A stretch of 64,000 nucleotides of DNA from Planctomycetota bacterium (GTDB lineage: Bacteria > Planctomycetota > UBA8108 > SXIK01): positions 1,664,001 to 1,728,000 of the forward strand of contig OZ244999.1 in assembly GCA_965223265.1 (NCBI GenBank), read 5' to 3'. The notes below the pieces were generated by a model. That model was not told the DNA's origin and made no database searches. It worked only from the letters and a program-made list of their open reading frames with translations. Positions 1 through 8,806 of this stretch are shown here, in pieces; positions within the stretch are counted from its first letter, which is position 1, and each line of letters starts with the position of its first letter. A program made the translations under genes and the position numbers.

Positions 1-1368
1 GAAGATGACAATGTCGCCCGGTTTGAGCGTGCCTCCGCGCTCTTCGGCGTGGCGGATGTGCTCCGGCGTGATCTTCGGTGAGGCGGGCCACATTTCCTTT
101 GACGTCGTACCGACGAGCTCACGTACGTCGATCACGCGAGCCGGGCCGCATGTCTGATCGAGAGGAACTCGTTCGACTGTCACGTCGCTCGTACCACGTT
201 TCCCATATTTGGCTTCGTATTCCGTGAGCCACTTCTTGACGTCGTCGCTGTAAGCGACATCTTCGTCGGCCCTCGGTAGAGCGTAAGCTGGCGGCACGAG
301 ATGCGTTCCAGTGTGAGCGTCGAGGAGGTGTGTGTTGTGGTAGTAGTCGATTCCCGGAGAGTATTCGAAGTCGATGCGAAAGTACGGCTGACGATGTTTC
401 CCGACACCGCGACCCGGCCACCACACTGGGAGCTTGCCGTCGAGCTCGACGGAGAGGTCCAGAGCACGTTTGGCGCGCGCCGACTCGATGAGGCGGGCGG
501 CGAGCGGACCAACGACGGCGAATGCACGTCCTTCGCCGTAGGCACCGCCCACGTGCTTCGGTCCCATCATGCAGTAGAACGCCCCGGTGTCCGGGAGCTG
601 GTCGAGGTTCGTTGCACCTTCCGTGAAGATGCCGCCATGCTTCAACCCTTCGACGTGCGTTTCGTTGGCAAGCTCAGGGATGGGGCCCATGCTTGGGCTG
701 TCCGTGCCCATGTGCATGACGTTCTTCTTCGAGATATAGTCGAGGCAGCTGGGATGCGGGTTGGGGTAGCCAGGAACTTTCTTTTCCAAGCAGTCGGCGA
801 CGAACTTCCGTCCTTCCGGTAGCGGTTTGTAGAAAATATCTGTGTAGCGGCTGCGAAACAGAGCAACGTCGCCGAAGCGTAGCGGACGATGCGAGCGCTC
901 CCAAGCCTCGACGTGCCCTTTGAGGACGAACGGACTTTGTCCCGGCGGCGCTTTACCGAGAAGATCTTGAATGTCGATCACGCACGCCTCGCCGCAAAAC
1001 TGCCACGCCGGAATGCTCTCGGTGAAGAGTTCACCGGCCGCTCCCTCGTATTCGAGGCCGGAGCCAGGTTTTGGAATCGAATGGGGGGGCGTGTCCATCT
1101 GCGTCCCTGTATTTCCATCGAGGCTGAGGATGTCGACGTTGTACGGACTCAGCCTGCCGATCGTGCGATGGTGGTTGAGCTGGAACGGAGGCCAGCCACC
1201 GGGCCACGTGCAGGGATACTCGGTCGCGATGAGGAGCGACAGATCGACGAAGCGCGACCCTTCTGCGTGCGCGCGGCTGGTTTCCCAGAGCACCAGCGCC
1301 GCCCAAAGCATGACAGGTGCGGTCAGGGACACGATCGCGCCGCGCCGCGCCGAAGTTGCAAGAATCAT
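1..1368 (-). CDS. Exported cyclase-family (kynurenine formamidase-like) protein with two tandem domains; 3' end outside the window
   Basis: Not in the ORF track because it has no stop in the window. Manual translation from ATG 1368 gives MILATSARRGAIVSLTAPVMLWAALVLW (signal-like), then FVDLS, GNTGTQMDTPPH, a second LDLS, AHTGTHLVPPAY and LKPGDIVIF at the window edge. Confidence 0.85.
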   Translation of the reverse strand, partial: MILATSARRGAIVSLTAPVMLWAALVLWETSRAHAEGSRFVDLSLLIATEYPCTWPGGWPPFQLNHHRTIGRLSPYNVDILSLDGNTGTQMDTPPHSIPKPGSGLEYEGAAGELFTESIPAWQFCGEACVIDIQDLLGKAPPGQSPFVLKGHVEAWERSHRPLRFGDVALFRSRYTDIFYKPLPEGRKFVADCLEKKVPGYPNPHPSCLDYISKKNVMHMGTDSPSMGPIPELANETHVEGLKHGGIFTEGATNLDQLPDTGAFYCMMGPKHVGGAYGEGRAFAVVGPLAARLIESARAKRALDLSVELDGKLPVWWPGRGVGKHRQPYFRIDFEYSPGIDYYHNTHLLDAHTGTHLVPPAYALPRADEDVAYSDDVKKWLTEYEAKYGKRGTSDVTVERVPLDQTCGPARVIDVRELVGTTSKEMWPASPKITPEHIRHAEERGGTLKPGDIVIF

Positions 1369-1448
1369 CTCAATGAACCTCCAGATATGCCGGGTACTTT
1401 AACGTTTTTCACGATCGTTCGGCCACCATGGAGGCCTAAAATGGGGCG

Positions 1449-3908
1449 ATGCGTTTCTCGTGCATGTTTGTCCTGATCGTTCTCTCGGCACCGAGTCTTC
1501 TGAGCGACGTGCCGCCGCCGTTTGTTGCCGGCTTCGAGCGGTTCGCGCGACACGGAATTATCGGCGCGCGCGACGGCGGTCGGTTGTTGCTTTCGGAGCT
1601 GAGCTGCACCTCCTGCCATGAGAGTGGTGCGAGCGACTTAGATCCGAAGCTCGGGCCGCGCCTTGACGGTGTTGGCAATCGAGTCCGCGCCGAGTGGCTG
1701 CGTCGATTCCTCGCTGCGCCTCACGACATCAAACCGGGGACGACGATGCCCGACGTGCTGGGCTCGTTTGCCGCCGCCCGCAGGGAGCACGCGATCGAGG
1801 CTCTGGTCGCGTTTCTCTCGACACTCCGGACCCCTTTTCCGGTGGTCAAAGCCGGCGGCAACAATCCAGTGCCGCATGAGTTTTGGCGGCACGGCGACCC
1901 AAAGCGTGGCCGCAGCCTCTATCACCAAGTCGGCTGCGTCGCCTGCCACGAACCGGATGCAAGTTTCTCTGCCGGCACGACGGCGTCGGAGCTTGACCGA
2001 CTTCTCGAACAGCTCTCCCCCGCCGAGCTCGAGAGCATGGGGATTCGCACTAGGGCGCGTGCCGTCGTCTCGGTTCCACATGGCGACATCGCATCGAAGT
2101 ACTCTGCCAGGTCGCTGACGTTCTTTTTGATGGATCCGTCCGCGACGCGTCCCGGTGGACGCATGCCGAGTTTTCGTCTGGCTGCCGTCGACGCGGCGGA
2201 TATCGCGTCCTACCTCTTGACGGGCGAGACAGAACAGGCGGCGTCGACGCGCTCCACTCTCTCGTCGCGGCACCGTGACCTCATCCGGGAGGGGCGGCGA
2301 CTCTTTGCGGAGCTCCGCTGCGTGAGCTGTCACTCGGCGGGCGACGTATCCGCCACGCGAAGCTCCAAGCCGCTCGGCGAGCTGAATGTCGCTTCATCGA
2401 ATTCTTGTTTCGCGCCTGCGGGCACGCAGAACGAGGGGCAGCCGCACTTCCCTCTCGACGACCTGCAGTCGCGTGCCGTCCGTGCGACGCTGGGGGAGCT
2501 GAACGGGTCGCAGGCGGAGGAGCGGTCGCAGACAGTGAGCGCGGATCTTGACTTTCGTCTGCTACAGCTTAACTGCTACGCCTGTCACGAGCGGGACTCC
2601 CGCGGCGGGGTTGGTCGGAAGCGCCGACAGTACTTCTCCACTGCGGGTGAAGTCGACATCGGCGACGAAGGCCGCTTGCCTCCAACGCTGACCGGGGTCG
2701 GAGACAAGCTGCAGGCGGCGGAGCTGGCCCGTGTCCTCGCCGGCAGTGGGCACGTACGGCCCTACGTGATCGCGCGGATGCCGACCTACCCTAAGGATCG
2801 GATTGAGTCGTTGCCGGATCTTTTTGTTCGCAGCGATCGCCTATCGCGTGTGGAGGCTTCAATGCCGCCTATGCTGCCTCGCGACGCAGTGTCTCGAGGT
2901 TCCTTCGAGGATGCCGGTCGCGCACTCCTTGACGTCGGCTGTGTGCAGTGCCATCCGGTGCGTGGCGAGAGTCTGCCAGGCATCGTCGGCGTCGATCTCG
3001 CCACGGCGACGACGCGTCTTCAGCCGCACTGGTTTCGACAGTTTCTTCTCGACCCGGCGGCGCTGAAACCTGCGACGCGCATGCCGAGTTTTTTTCCCGA
3101 CGGCAAGAGTACTCGTGCAGACATTCTCGGCGGCGACCGTGAGCAGCAGATCGCTGCGATGTGGGCTTATCTGAGCGCGGTCAGCCACCAAACCCTGCCC
3201 GCGCAGATCATTGCGGCGCGGGTGCAAAGTTTTGAGCTGCTTCCAGCGGAGCGGCCGATCGTTCTGCGTACTTTTCTACGCGGAGTGAGCACACATGCAA
3301 TCGCTGTCGGCTTCCCACAAAGGGTTCACTACGCGTTCGATGCTGAGGCGGTGCGGCCGGCGCGCGCGTGGCGCGGTCGATTCCTCGACGCCTACGGGAC
3401 ATGGTTCACGAGGGCGGCGCCGCCGGCGCAGCCGCTTGGCGAGAACGTCGTCGATCTGCCCTCTGGGATGCCACTTGCAATCCTGCGGAACGAGGAGGAC
3501 CGCTGGCCGAGACACGCTGCTGACGCCCGCGAGGCGGAGTACCGTTTTTTGGGGTATCGGCTCGATCGCACGGGGGTGCCGACCTTCTTGTATCGCTATC
3601 GCGGTTTCGGTGTCGCCGACCGCTTCGAGGCGCTCGAGGAGGATGGCTTACTCCGCCGCATACGCGTCGAGAGAAATGCGACATCACAACCACAGAATGG
3701 CAATGCGCTTTGGTTTCGACTGCACGCCGGCAAAAATCTTCGGAGTGATCGGCCCAGCTCCTATACGCGAGATGATGGGCTCAGCGTTACAGTCCATGAG
3801 GCCACTGCGCGGCTTGGCATCGTTCGCACGATCGAGGGCGACGCCGACTGGATCTTGCCGCTGAGCTTCGATCGAGAAGCGGTCATCGAACTGACTTACA
3901 CATGGTAG
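1449..3908 (+). CDS. Exported multiheme c-type cytochrome (5 CxxCH motifs)
   Basis: N-terminal signal peptide. Motifs CTSCH, CVACH, CVSCH, CYACH and CVQCH, with distal Met motifs (PGTTMP, PGGRMP, IARMP, PATRMP). Confidence 0.9.
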   Translation: MRFSCMFVLIVLSAPSLLSDVPPPFVAGFERFARHGIIGARDGGRLLLSELSCTSCHESGASDLDPKLGPRLDGVGNRVRAEWLRRFLAAPHDIKPGTTMPDVLGSFAAARREHAIEALVAFLSTLRTPFPVVKAGGNNPVPHEFWRHGDPKRGRSLYHQVGCVACHEPDASFSAGTTASELDRLLEQLSPAELESMGIRTRARAVVSVPHGDIASKYSARSLTFFLMDPSATRPGGRMPSFRLAAVDAADIASYLLTGETEQAASTRSTLSSRHRDLIREGRRLFAELRCVSCHSAGDVSATRSSKPLGELNVASSNSCFAPAGTQNEGQPHFPLDDLQSRAVRATLGELNGSQAEERSQTVSADLDFRLLQLNCYACHERDSRGGVGRKRRQYFSTAGEVDIGDEGRLPPTLTGVGDKLQAAELARVLAGSGHVRPYVIARMPTYPKDRIESLPDLFVRSDRLSRVEASMPPMLPRDAVSRGSFEDAGRALLDVGCVQCHPVRGESLPGIVGVDLATATTRLQPHWFRQFLLDPAALKPATRMPSFFPDGKSTRADILGGDREQQIAAMWAYLSAVSHQTLPAQIIAARVQSFELLPAERPIVLRTFLRGVSTHAIAVGFPQRVHYAFDAEAVRPARAWRGRFLDAYGTWFTRAAPPAQPLGENVVDLPSGMPLAILRNEEDRWPRHAADAREAEYRFLGYRLDRTGVPTFLYRYRGFGVADRFEALEEDGLLRRIRVERNATSQPQNGNALWFRLHAGKNLRSDRPSSYTRDDGLSVTVHEATARLGIVRTIEGDADWILPLSFDREAVIELTYTW

Positions 3909-5551
3909 ACCTGCAGCAGAAGCAAAGCGTCCAGGCCTATCGCGCCACGGCACGACAACGGTCGCTCGCGACAGGCTTTGGCATCACAGACCTTAGCCTG
4001 CGACGGAGAACGAATCTTCTTTTGCTTGCGATACTGCTCGCGCTTTCCGGAGCGATCCGCGCCGAGGAGAGTGACTACTATCGTATCGTGTCCATCCTCA
4101 CACCCAAGGCGAGGGCGGAATCACGCTCGAAGAATTGGCGTCCCGCGCCCGAGGGTCTTGTGCTAGAGGTGAGCGGTATCGCGATTCTTGACGCGCGGCG
4201 CATTGCGGTTGCCATCCGCAAAGGCGAGGTTTGGATTCTCGACGGGGTGTACGAGGATCCGCCGGCCAACGTGCGCTATCGCCGCTTTGCATCCGCGCTG
4301 CACGAACCTCTCGGGCTCATCTGGCATGGTGACTCGTTCTACACCGTGCAGCGAAGCGAACTGACGCGCCTTCGCGACGTCGACGTCGACGGCGTTGCGG
4401 ATGAGTATCTGACGATCGCGAAAGGCTGGGGAGTGACAGGGCATTATCATGAGTACGCGTACGGACCCGAGCTCGATCGCGACGGCAATTTCTGGCTCAC
4501 GTTAAACATTGGACTGAGGCTGAAAAAGGACGACCTTCGCGGCGGGGTGCATGAGCCCACGCTCGGCTACACCCAGGGGCGATGGCGCGGCTGGGGCATG
4601 AAGGTCACGCCCGCTGGCGAGCTCATTCCTGTGTGCGCGGGTATGCGTTCACCGAGTGGCCTCGGCATCAATCGTGAGGGGGACGTTTTCTACACCGACC
4701 AGCAAGGGAGTTGGGTGGCGACGAATTCCCTTCACCACATGCGTGAAGGAGCCTTCTTCCATCACGCCGAGGCGCTTGCGTCCATGAATCTGCCCGGCTC
4801 CCCGATTGGCGGGATTGAGACGATCCCTGATGGCCTGCCGATTCCTGATGCCGTCGAGAAGATGCCGCACATGAAGCCGCCGGCAGTGTGGTTCCCGTAC
4901 CGCAAGGCTGGGCAATCGACGACCGACATCCTACTCGACGCGAGCGATGGAGCGTTCGGGCCGTTTGATGGCCAGTTCTTCGTCGGCGAGTTCACGTTGG
5001 CATCGATCCACCGCGTCTTCCTAGAGAAGATTGACGGCGAGTATCAGGGCGCGTGCTTCCCGTTTCGGCGAGGGTTCGCCTCGGCGGTGCTGCGTCTAGC
5101 ACAAGGGCCCGGCGGCAGCGTATTCGTGGGCCTGACGAATCGCGGTTGGAGCAGTCTCGGTGCGGCGTCCTACGGTCTTCAGCGTCTGCTTTGGACCGGA
5201 AAGACACCGTTTGAAATCTTGGAGATGCGTGCACGCCCCGATGGTTTTGAGCTGGCGTTCACCAAGCCGGTCGATCGCGATGCCGCGAAAAAACCAGAGT
5301 CCTACGCACTCAGCAGTTACACCTACAACTACCACTCGACGTACGGCAGTGAAGAGATCCTGAAGAAACGGCTCGACGTTCAGTCGGTGGCCGTCTCCCC
5401 GGATGGTCTGCGCGCATATCTCCGAGTCGCGGGACTGCGGCGATTGTTTGTGCACGAGCTCGAGGCTTTCGGTGTCCGCAGCGCCGGCGGAGAGCCGCTT
5501 TTGCATCCGCAGGCGTACTATACGCTGAATCGGATTCCGGTGGCGCGGTAG
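3902..5551 (+). CDS. Exported beta-propeller protein (glucose/sorbosone dehydrogenase-like, PVC type)
   Basis: Overlaps the cytochrome stop codon. Hydrophobic signal segment and blade-like motifs FASALHEPLGL, DVDVDGVADEY, YHEYAYGP, GMRSPSG, YTDQQG, FGPFDGQFFVGE. Start codon uncertain. Confidence 0.75.
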   Translation: MVDLQQKQSVQAYRATARQRSLATGFGITDLSLRRRTNLLLLAILLALSGAIRAEESDYYRIVSILTPKARAESRSKNWRPAPEGLVLEVSGIAILDARRIAVAIRKGEVWILDGVYEDPPANVRYRRFASALHEPLGLIWHGDSFYTVQRSELTRLRDVDVDGVADEYLTIAKGWGVTGHYHEYAYGPELDRDGNFWLTLNIGLRLKKDDLRGGVHEPTLGYTQGRWRGWGMKVTPAGELIPVCAGMRSPSGLGINREGDVFYTDQQGSWVATNSLHHMREGAFFHHAEALASMNLPGSPIGGIETIPDGLPIPDAVEKMPHMKPPAVWFPYRKAGQSTTDILLDASDGAFGPFDGQFFVGEFTLASIHRVFLEKIDGEYQGACFPFRRGFASAVLRLAQGPGGSVFVGLTNRGWSSLGAASYGLQRLLWTGKTPFEILEMRARPDGFELAFTKPVDRDAAKKPESYALSSYTYNYHSTYGSEEILKKRLDVQSVAVSPDGLRAYLRVAGLRRLFVHELEAFGVRSAGGEPLLHPQAYYTLNRIPVAR

Positions 5552-5596
5552 GCGCCGCCGGGAGACGTGTTCGTGGCAGCCCTTGGATTCGTGTCG

Positions 5597-5792
5597 GTGA
5601 GCGTGAGCGAGCGAGTGGGTCTTCCAAAGTAGCAGGCACACTCCGTGTGCCGTCCGGTCCTGTGACGTGAGCGTGAGCGAGCGAGCGAGTGGGTCTTCCA
5701 AAGTAGCAGGCACACTCCGTGTGCCGTCCGGTCCTGTGACGTGAGCGTGAGCGAGCGAGCGAGTGGGTCTTCCAAAGTAGCAGGCACACTCC
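5597..5792 (+). repeat. 74-bp tandem repeat (about 2.6 copies) carrying a GTAG-type REP-like hairpin
   Basis: AAAGTAGCAGGCACACTCC starts at 5626, 5700 and 5774. Hairpin GGCACAC-TCC-GTGTGCC, with GTGAGC/GAGC-rich linkers. The third copy is interrupted at the loop. Confidence 0.95.
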
Positions 5793-5976
5793 GAGGCTAT
5801 GAAGTTTCTCGAGCGTGCCAGCGTAACTCCCGGTCACGCTTCGCGCTCACCTCCGGAACGGCACACGGCGTGTGCCTGCTACTATAGACACGGACCTCCG
5901 CGAAGACGATTTTCAAAGTAGCAGGCACACTCCTGTGAGCGAGTTACGACGGCACGTCTAAATAATTCACAGCCTT
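5793..5976. mobile_element. Putative 184-bp non-autonomous element (MITE-like) inserted in a REP hairpin loop
   Basis: Left end GAGGCTATGAAGTTTCTCGAGCGTGCCAGCGTAACTC (5793-5829). Right end, reverse-complemented, AAGGCTGTGAATTATTTAGACGTGCCGTCGTAACTC (5976-5941). TCC on both sides (5790-5792, 5977-5979). The REP right arm resumes at 5980 (GTGGGCCGTCCGGCCCTG). Confidence 0.65.
5855..5933. repeat. Inverted REP copy (5855-5883) and a half REP (5915-5933), back to back
   Basis: GGAACGGCACACGGCGTGTGCCTGCTACT is the reverse complement of the REP core. AAAGTAGCAGGCACACTCC recurs at 5915. Confidence 0.9.
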
Positions 5977-6095
5977 TCCGTGGGCCGTCCGGCCCTGACC
6001 GTGGGCGCGCTCGTAATCGGAGTCCGTCTCATCCCATCTCCGTATCTGTCTCCGCCTCCCCTTCCTTCTCCGAGCCACCGCCCCGACCCCAACTC

Positions 6096-8636
6096 CTACC
6101 GCACCGGATTCTCGTACCAAATGACGCCCAGAGCGTCCCGCTCCTCGGACGTCAGCACGTCGAGGTCGCCGTCGCGATCCAGATCGATCAGCTCGATACG
6201 GTCGTACTTGCCTCCTGGAATACCACTGATGTCGTGGCGTCGCCAAGACTCGCCGGCCGCCCCTGATTCGCCGCGCAGCCAAACTACGCCTGATCCTTCG
6301 TTCGCTGCTTCGGCGCTGCAGACGATGTCGAGCTCGCCGTCGAGGTCGATATCGCCGACGGCGATTGCCTTGGCCGATCCGGCGCTGGCTGGCCAGCTGA
6401 GCGTGCGTGCCTCCCACACCACCGGGTCGAGGGTGACGCGACGAAGGAATTCGATTTCCGTCTTACGGTTGGCCACGAGAACATCAAGGAGACCATCGCG
6501 GTCAAAATCTGCCGGCCAGAGAAACATGGCTTCCTTGCCGGTGGAGCCGATCCGATGCTCGGACCAGCGCGTTCGAGCCTGTGGACCAGGGCCGGGGTTT
6601 TCTAACCAGAGACAACCACTGCGCGGCCCCCTGCGATCAGTGACGATCACGTCCAAATCGCCGTCGAGGTCGAGATCGCGCGTCTCGAGCGACATGATCC
6701 AGCCCGCGTCGTAGAGAGGATGCCATGTCCAACCGCCGACGTCGCGCGGCGACTCGGGTGATGCGAGCCAACCCACCTGCGCGCCTTCACCTTTTGCGCC
6801 ACAGATGAGATCGACCCCATGCTGACCGTCGACGTCGAGAGGTGTGACGTACATCCACTTGGCCTTGTTCTTGGTTACCGCGAACGCTTCAGTCTTCCAT
6901 GCACCCGGGTCGAGATATCGTTCGGCGCTAGCCGGTGCCCAATGAACGAAAAGGCTCCGCGTGCGGCCCTCACAAGCGCTCACCACGTCGAACGCGCCAT
7001 CGCCGTCGAGGTCGACGCTGACGGCGTCTTCCGAAGACGTCACCTCGCCGACCGTCACCGCAGGCCACGGCTTTTTCGCCGCCCCTGGACCTGGGTTGAG
7101 ATAGAGGCGTACGACGCCGCCTTGTTCCCACGGTGTTGCGACGTCGAGAAGGCCATCTCCGTTGACATCAGCCAGCCGGGTTCCGTCGGCGCCGCGCGAC
7201 GTGTCATCGATGGTGTGTCGGTGCCAAGGCGCGTTGGGGTCGATCCTCTCGGCTCGCGCCGAGACCCGCTTCACGGCGGGACCGACTTCCTTCTCCCACG
7301 CGGTCAACGCCGCGTCGAGTTGGGAAACGACGTCCGGATGCTTAGCCGCGACGTCGGAACGTTCACCAATGTCTCGACTCAAGTTGTAGAGGGCGGCTTG
7401 GCCGCGGTCGCGGATCAGCTTCCACGGTCCATGTCGCGCTGCTTGGCGCCGTCGTTTGCGCCAAAAGAGAGTTCGTGGTGGCAGCCGTTGGCTCTGGAAA
7501 AGGAGCGAGGTCAGCTCGGTGCCGTCCAGTGTTGCCGGATTATTTGGGGCAGGTGCGCTGAGTCCAGCAAGCCGCAGATAAGTCGGCATGAGATCCATCG
7601 TCATAACCGTCTCATGTGTGACACCGGGGGCTATTCGCCCCGGCCACCGCGCGATCGCGGGCACTCGATGTCCGCCCTCAAAGATGTCCGATTTCTGCCC
7701 TCGCAGAGGCCCATTGCTTGAGATCTGGCCGCGGTGTTTGCCGTTGTAGCTCAGGTAGCCGCCGTTGTCGGAAGTAAAGAAAACGAAGGTGTTCTCTTCG
7801 AGCCCGAGGTCACGGACGCTCTCCATGAGACGACCGACGCTCTGGTCCAACGACTCAATCATCTCCTTCACTGCGATCGTCGGATCGGAGTGGTGGCCAA
7901 GCTTGGTTAAGCCAGGAGTCTTGGCGCCAAGCCCCGGCCTTCGGTGCGTTTTTGGGTCGGTGTCGTTCGGCGATTGCCAGGGGAAGTGAATCGCGGAGTG
8001 CGGCAGGTAGAGAAAGAATGGCCGTTTGCGGTGGCGACGCATGAAGTCGATGGCGTAGTCGGTCAGGAGGTCGGTGTTGTAGCCCTCTTCGCTCAACGGC
8101 TTGTCTTGGTGCCACCAATCTGGGTTTCCGGAGCGGCTAACGCGAGAGAAGAAGTCGGAGTCGCCGGTGGTGTGTCCCTTATACTCATCGAATCCATGAC
8201 GCAGGGGGCCATTGTCGATCGTGCCGAGATGCCACTTGCCATAGATGGCTGAAACATAACCGGCTTCCTTCAAGCGCTCCGCGATCGTGACGGTCTCTTG
8301 AGGCAAACCGGGCGAATGCTCGCCGAGAGGTGATTCGATGCGAACGCGCTGCTGGTAGCGTCCGGTCAGAAGCGCAGCGCGGGTCGGCGAGCACATCGAG
8401 CCGTTCGAATGGAAGTCCGTGAAGCGCAGCCCTTCGCTTGCTAGTCGATCCAGGTTCGGTGTGAGGTTCTTGGTGTTGCCGAAGCAACCGATGTCGCCGT
8501 AGCCCAGGTCGTCGGCGACGATCAAGATGAAGTTGGGAGGCCGCTTCTCGTCCTCCGCGGCAGCCGGCAGCGCCGATAGCACGAACACTGCGAGGAAAAC
8601 GGCGGCACTTAGTCGTTGGAACTTCACTCGCTGCAT
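6096..8636 (-). CDS. Exported formylglycine-type sulfatase fused to a C-terminal FG-GAP/VCBS repeat domain
   Basis: Probable start MQRVKFQRLSAAVFLAV at 8636; the ORF-track extension to 9902 is repeat-derived. Motifs PNFILIVADDLG, CSPTRAALLTGR, GKWHLG, SDNG, EGGHRVP. The C-terminus has repeated D-x-(N/D)-x-D-G-x-x-D motifs. Confidence 0.92.
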   Translation of the reverse strand: MQRVKFQRLSAAVFLAVFVLSALPAAAEDEKRPPNFILIVADDLGYGDIGCFGNTKNLTPNLDRLASEGLRFTDFHSNGSMCSPTRAALLTGRYQQRVRIESPLGEHSPGLPQETVTIAERLKEAGYVSAIYGKWHLGTIDNGPLRHGFDEYKGHTTGDSDFFSRVSRSGNPDWWHQDKPLSEEGYNTDLLTDYAIDFMRRHRKRPFFLYLPHSAIHFPWQSPNDTDPKTHRRPGLGAKTPGLTKLGHHSDPTIAVKEMIESLDQSVGRLMESVRDLGLEENTFVFFTSDNGGYLSYNGKHRGQISSNGPLRGQKSDIFEGGHRVPAIARWPGRIAPGVTHETVMTMDLMPTYLRLAGLSAPAPNNPATLDGTELTSLLFQSQRLPPRTLFWRKRRRQAARHGPWKLIRDRGQAALYNLSRDIGERSDVAAKHPDVVSQLDAALTAWEKEVGPAVKRVSARAERIDPNAPWHRHTIDDTSRGADGTRLADVNGDGLLDVATPWEQGGVVRLYLNPGPGAAKKPWPAVTVGEVTSSEDAVSVDLDGDGAFDVVSACEGRTRSLFVHWAPASAERYLDPGAWKTEAFAVTKNKAKWMYVTPLDVDGQHGVDLICGAKGEGAQVGWLASPESPRDVGGWTWHPLYDAGWIMSLETRDLDLDGDLDVIVTDRRGPRSGCLWLENPGPGPQARTRWSEHRIGSTGKEAMFLWPADFDRDGLLDVLVANRKTEIEFLRRVTLDPVVWEARTLSWPASAGSAKAIAVGDIDLDGELDIVCSAEAANEGSGVVWLRGESGAAGESWRRHDISGIPGGKYDRIELIDLDRDGDLDVLTSEERDALGVIWYENPVR

Positions 8637-8781
8637 ACTCTCTCTCGTCAAGGTCTCCTGCATTTCGAACGTTCGGCACCTGCTATTGACGCCGTCGCGA
8701 CTTGCGATCGCAATCATTATCTCAGAAGAGCGAGAACTATCACCCCGCTGTTGCAAAAGAGAAGCGCTTCTATACCATGCG

Positions 8782-8806
8782 CGATTGCTATTGCTATTGC
8801 GATTGC
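8782..8806. repeat. Hexamer microsatellite (C[G/T]ATTG)4
   Basis: cgattg ctattg ctattg cgattg, directly abutting the 59-bp array. Confidence 0.85.

Noticed and set aside
5096-5837. Minus-strand ORFs containing TAHGVCLLL / GTRSVPAT
   Set aside because: They are translations of the REP core and overlap a real plus-strand gene.
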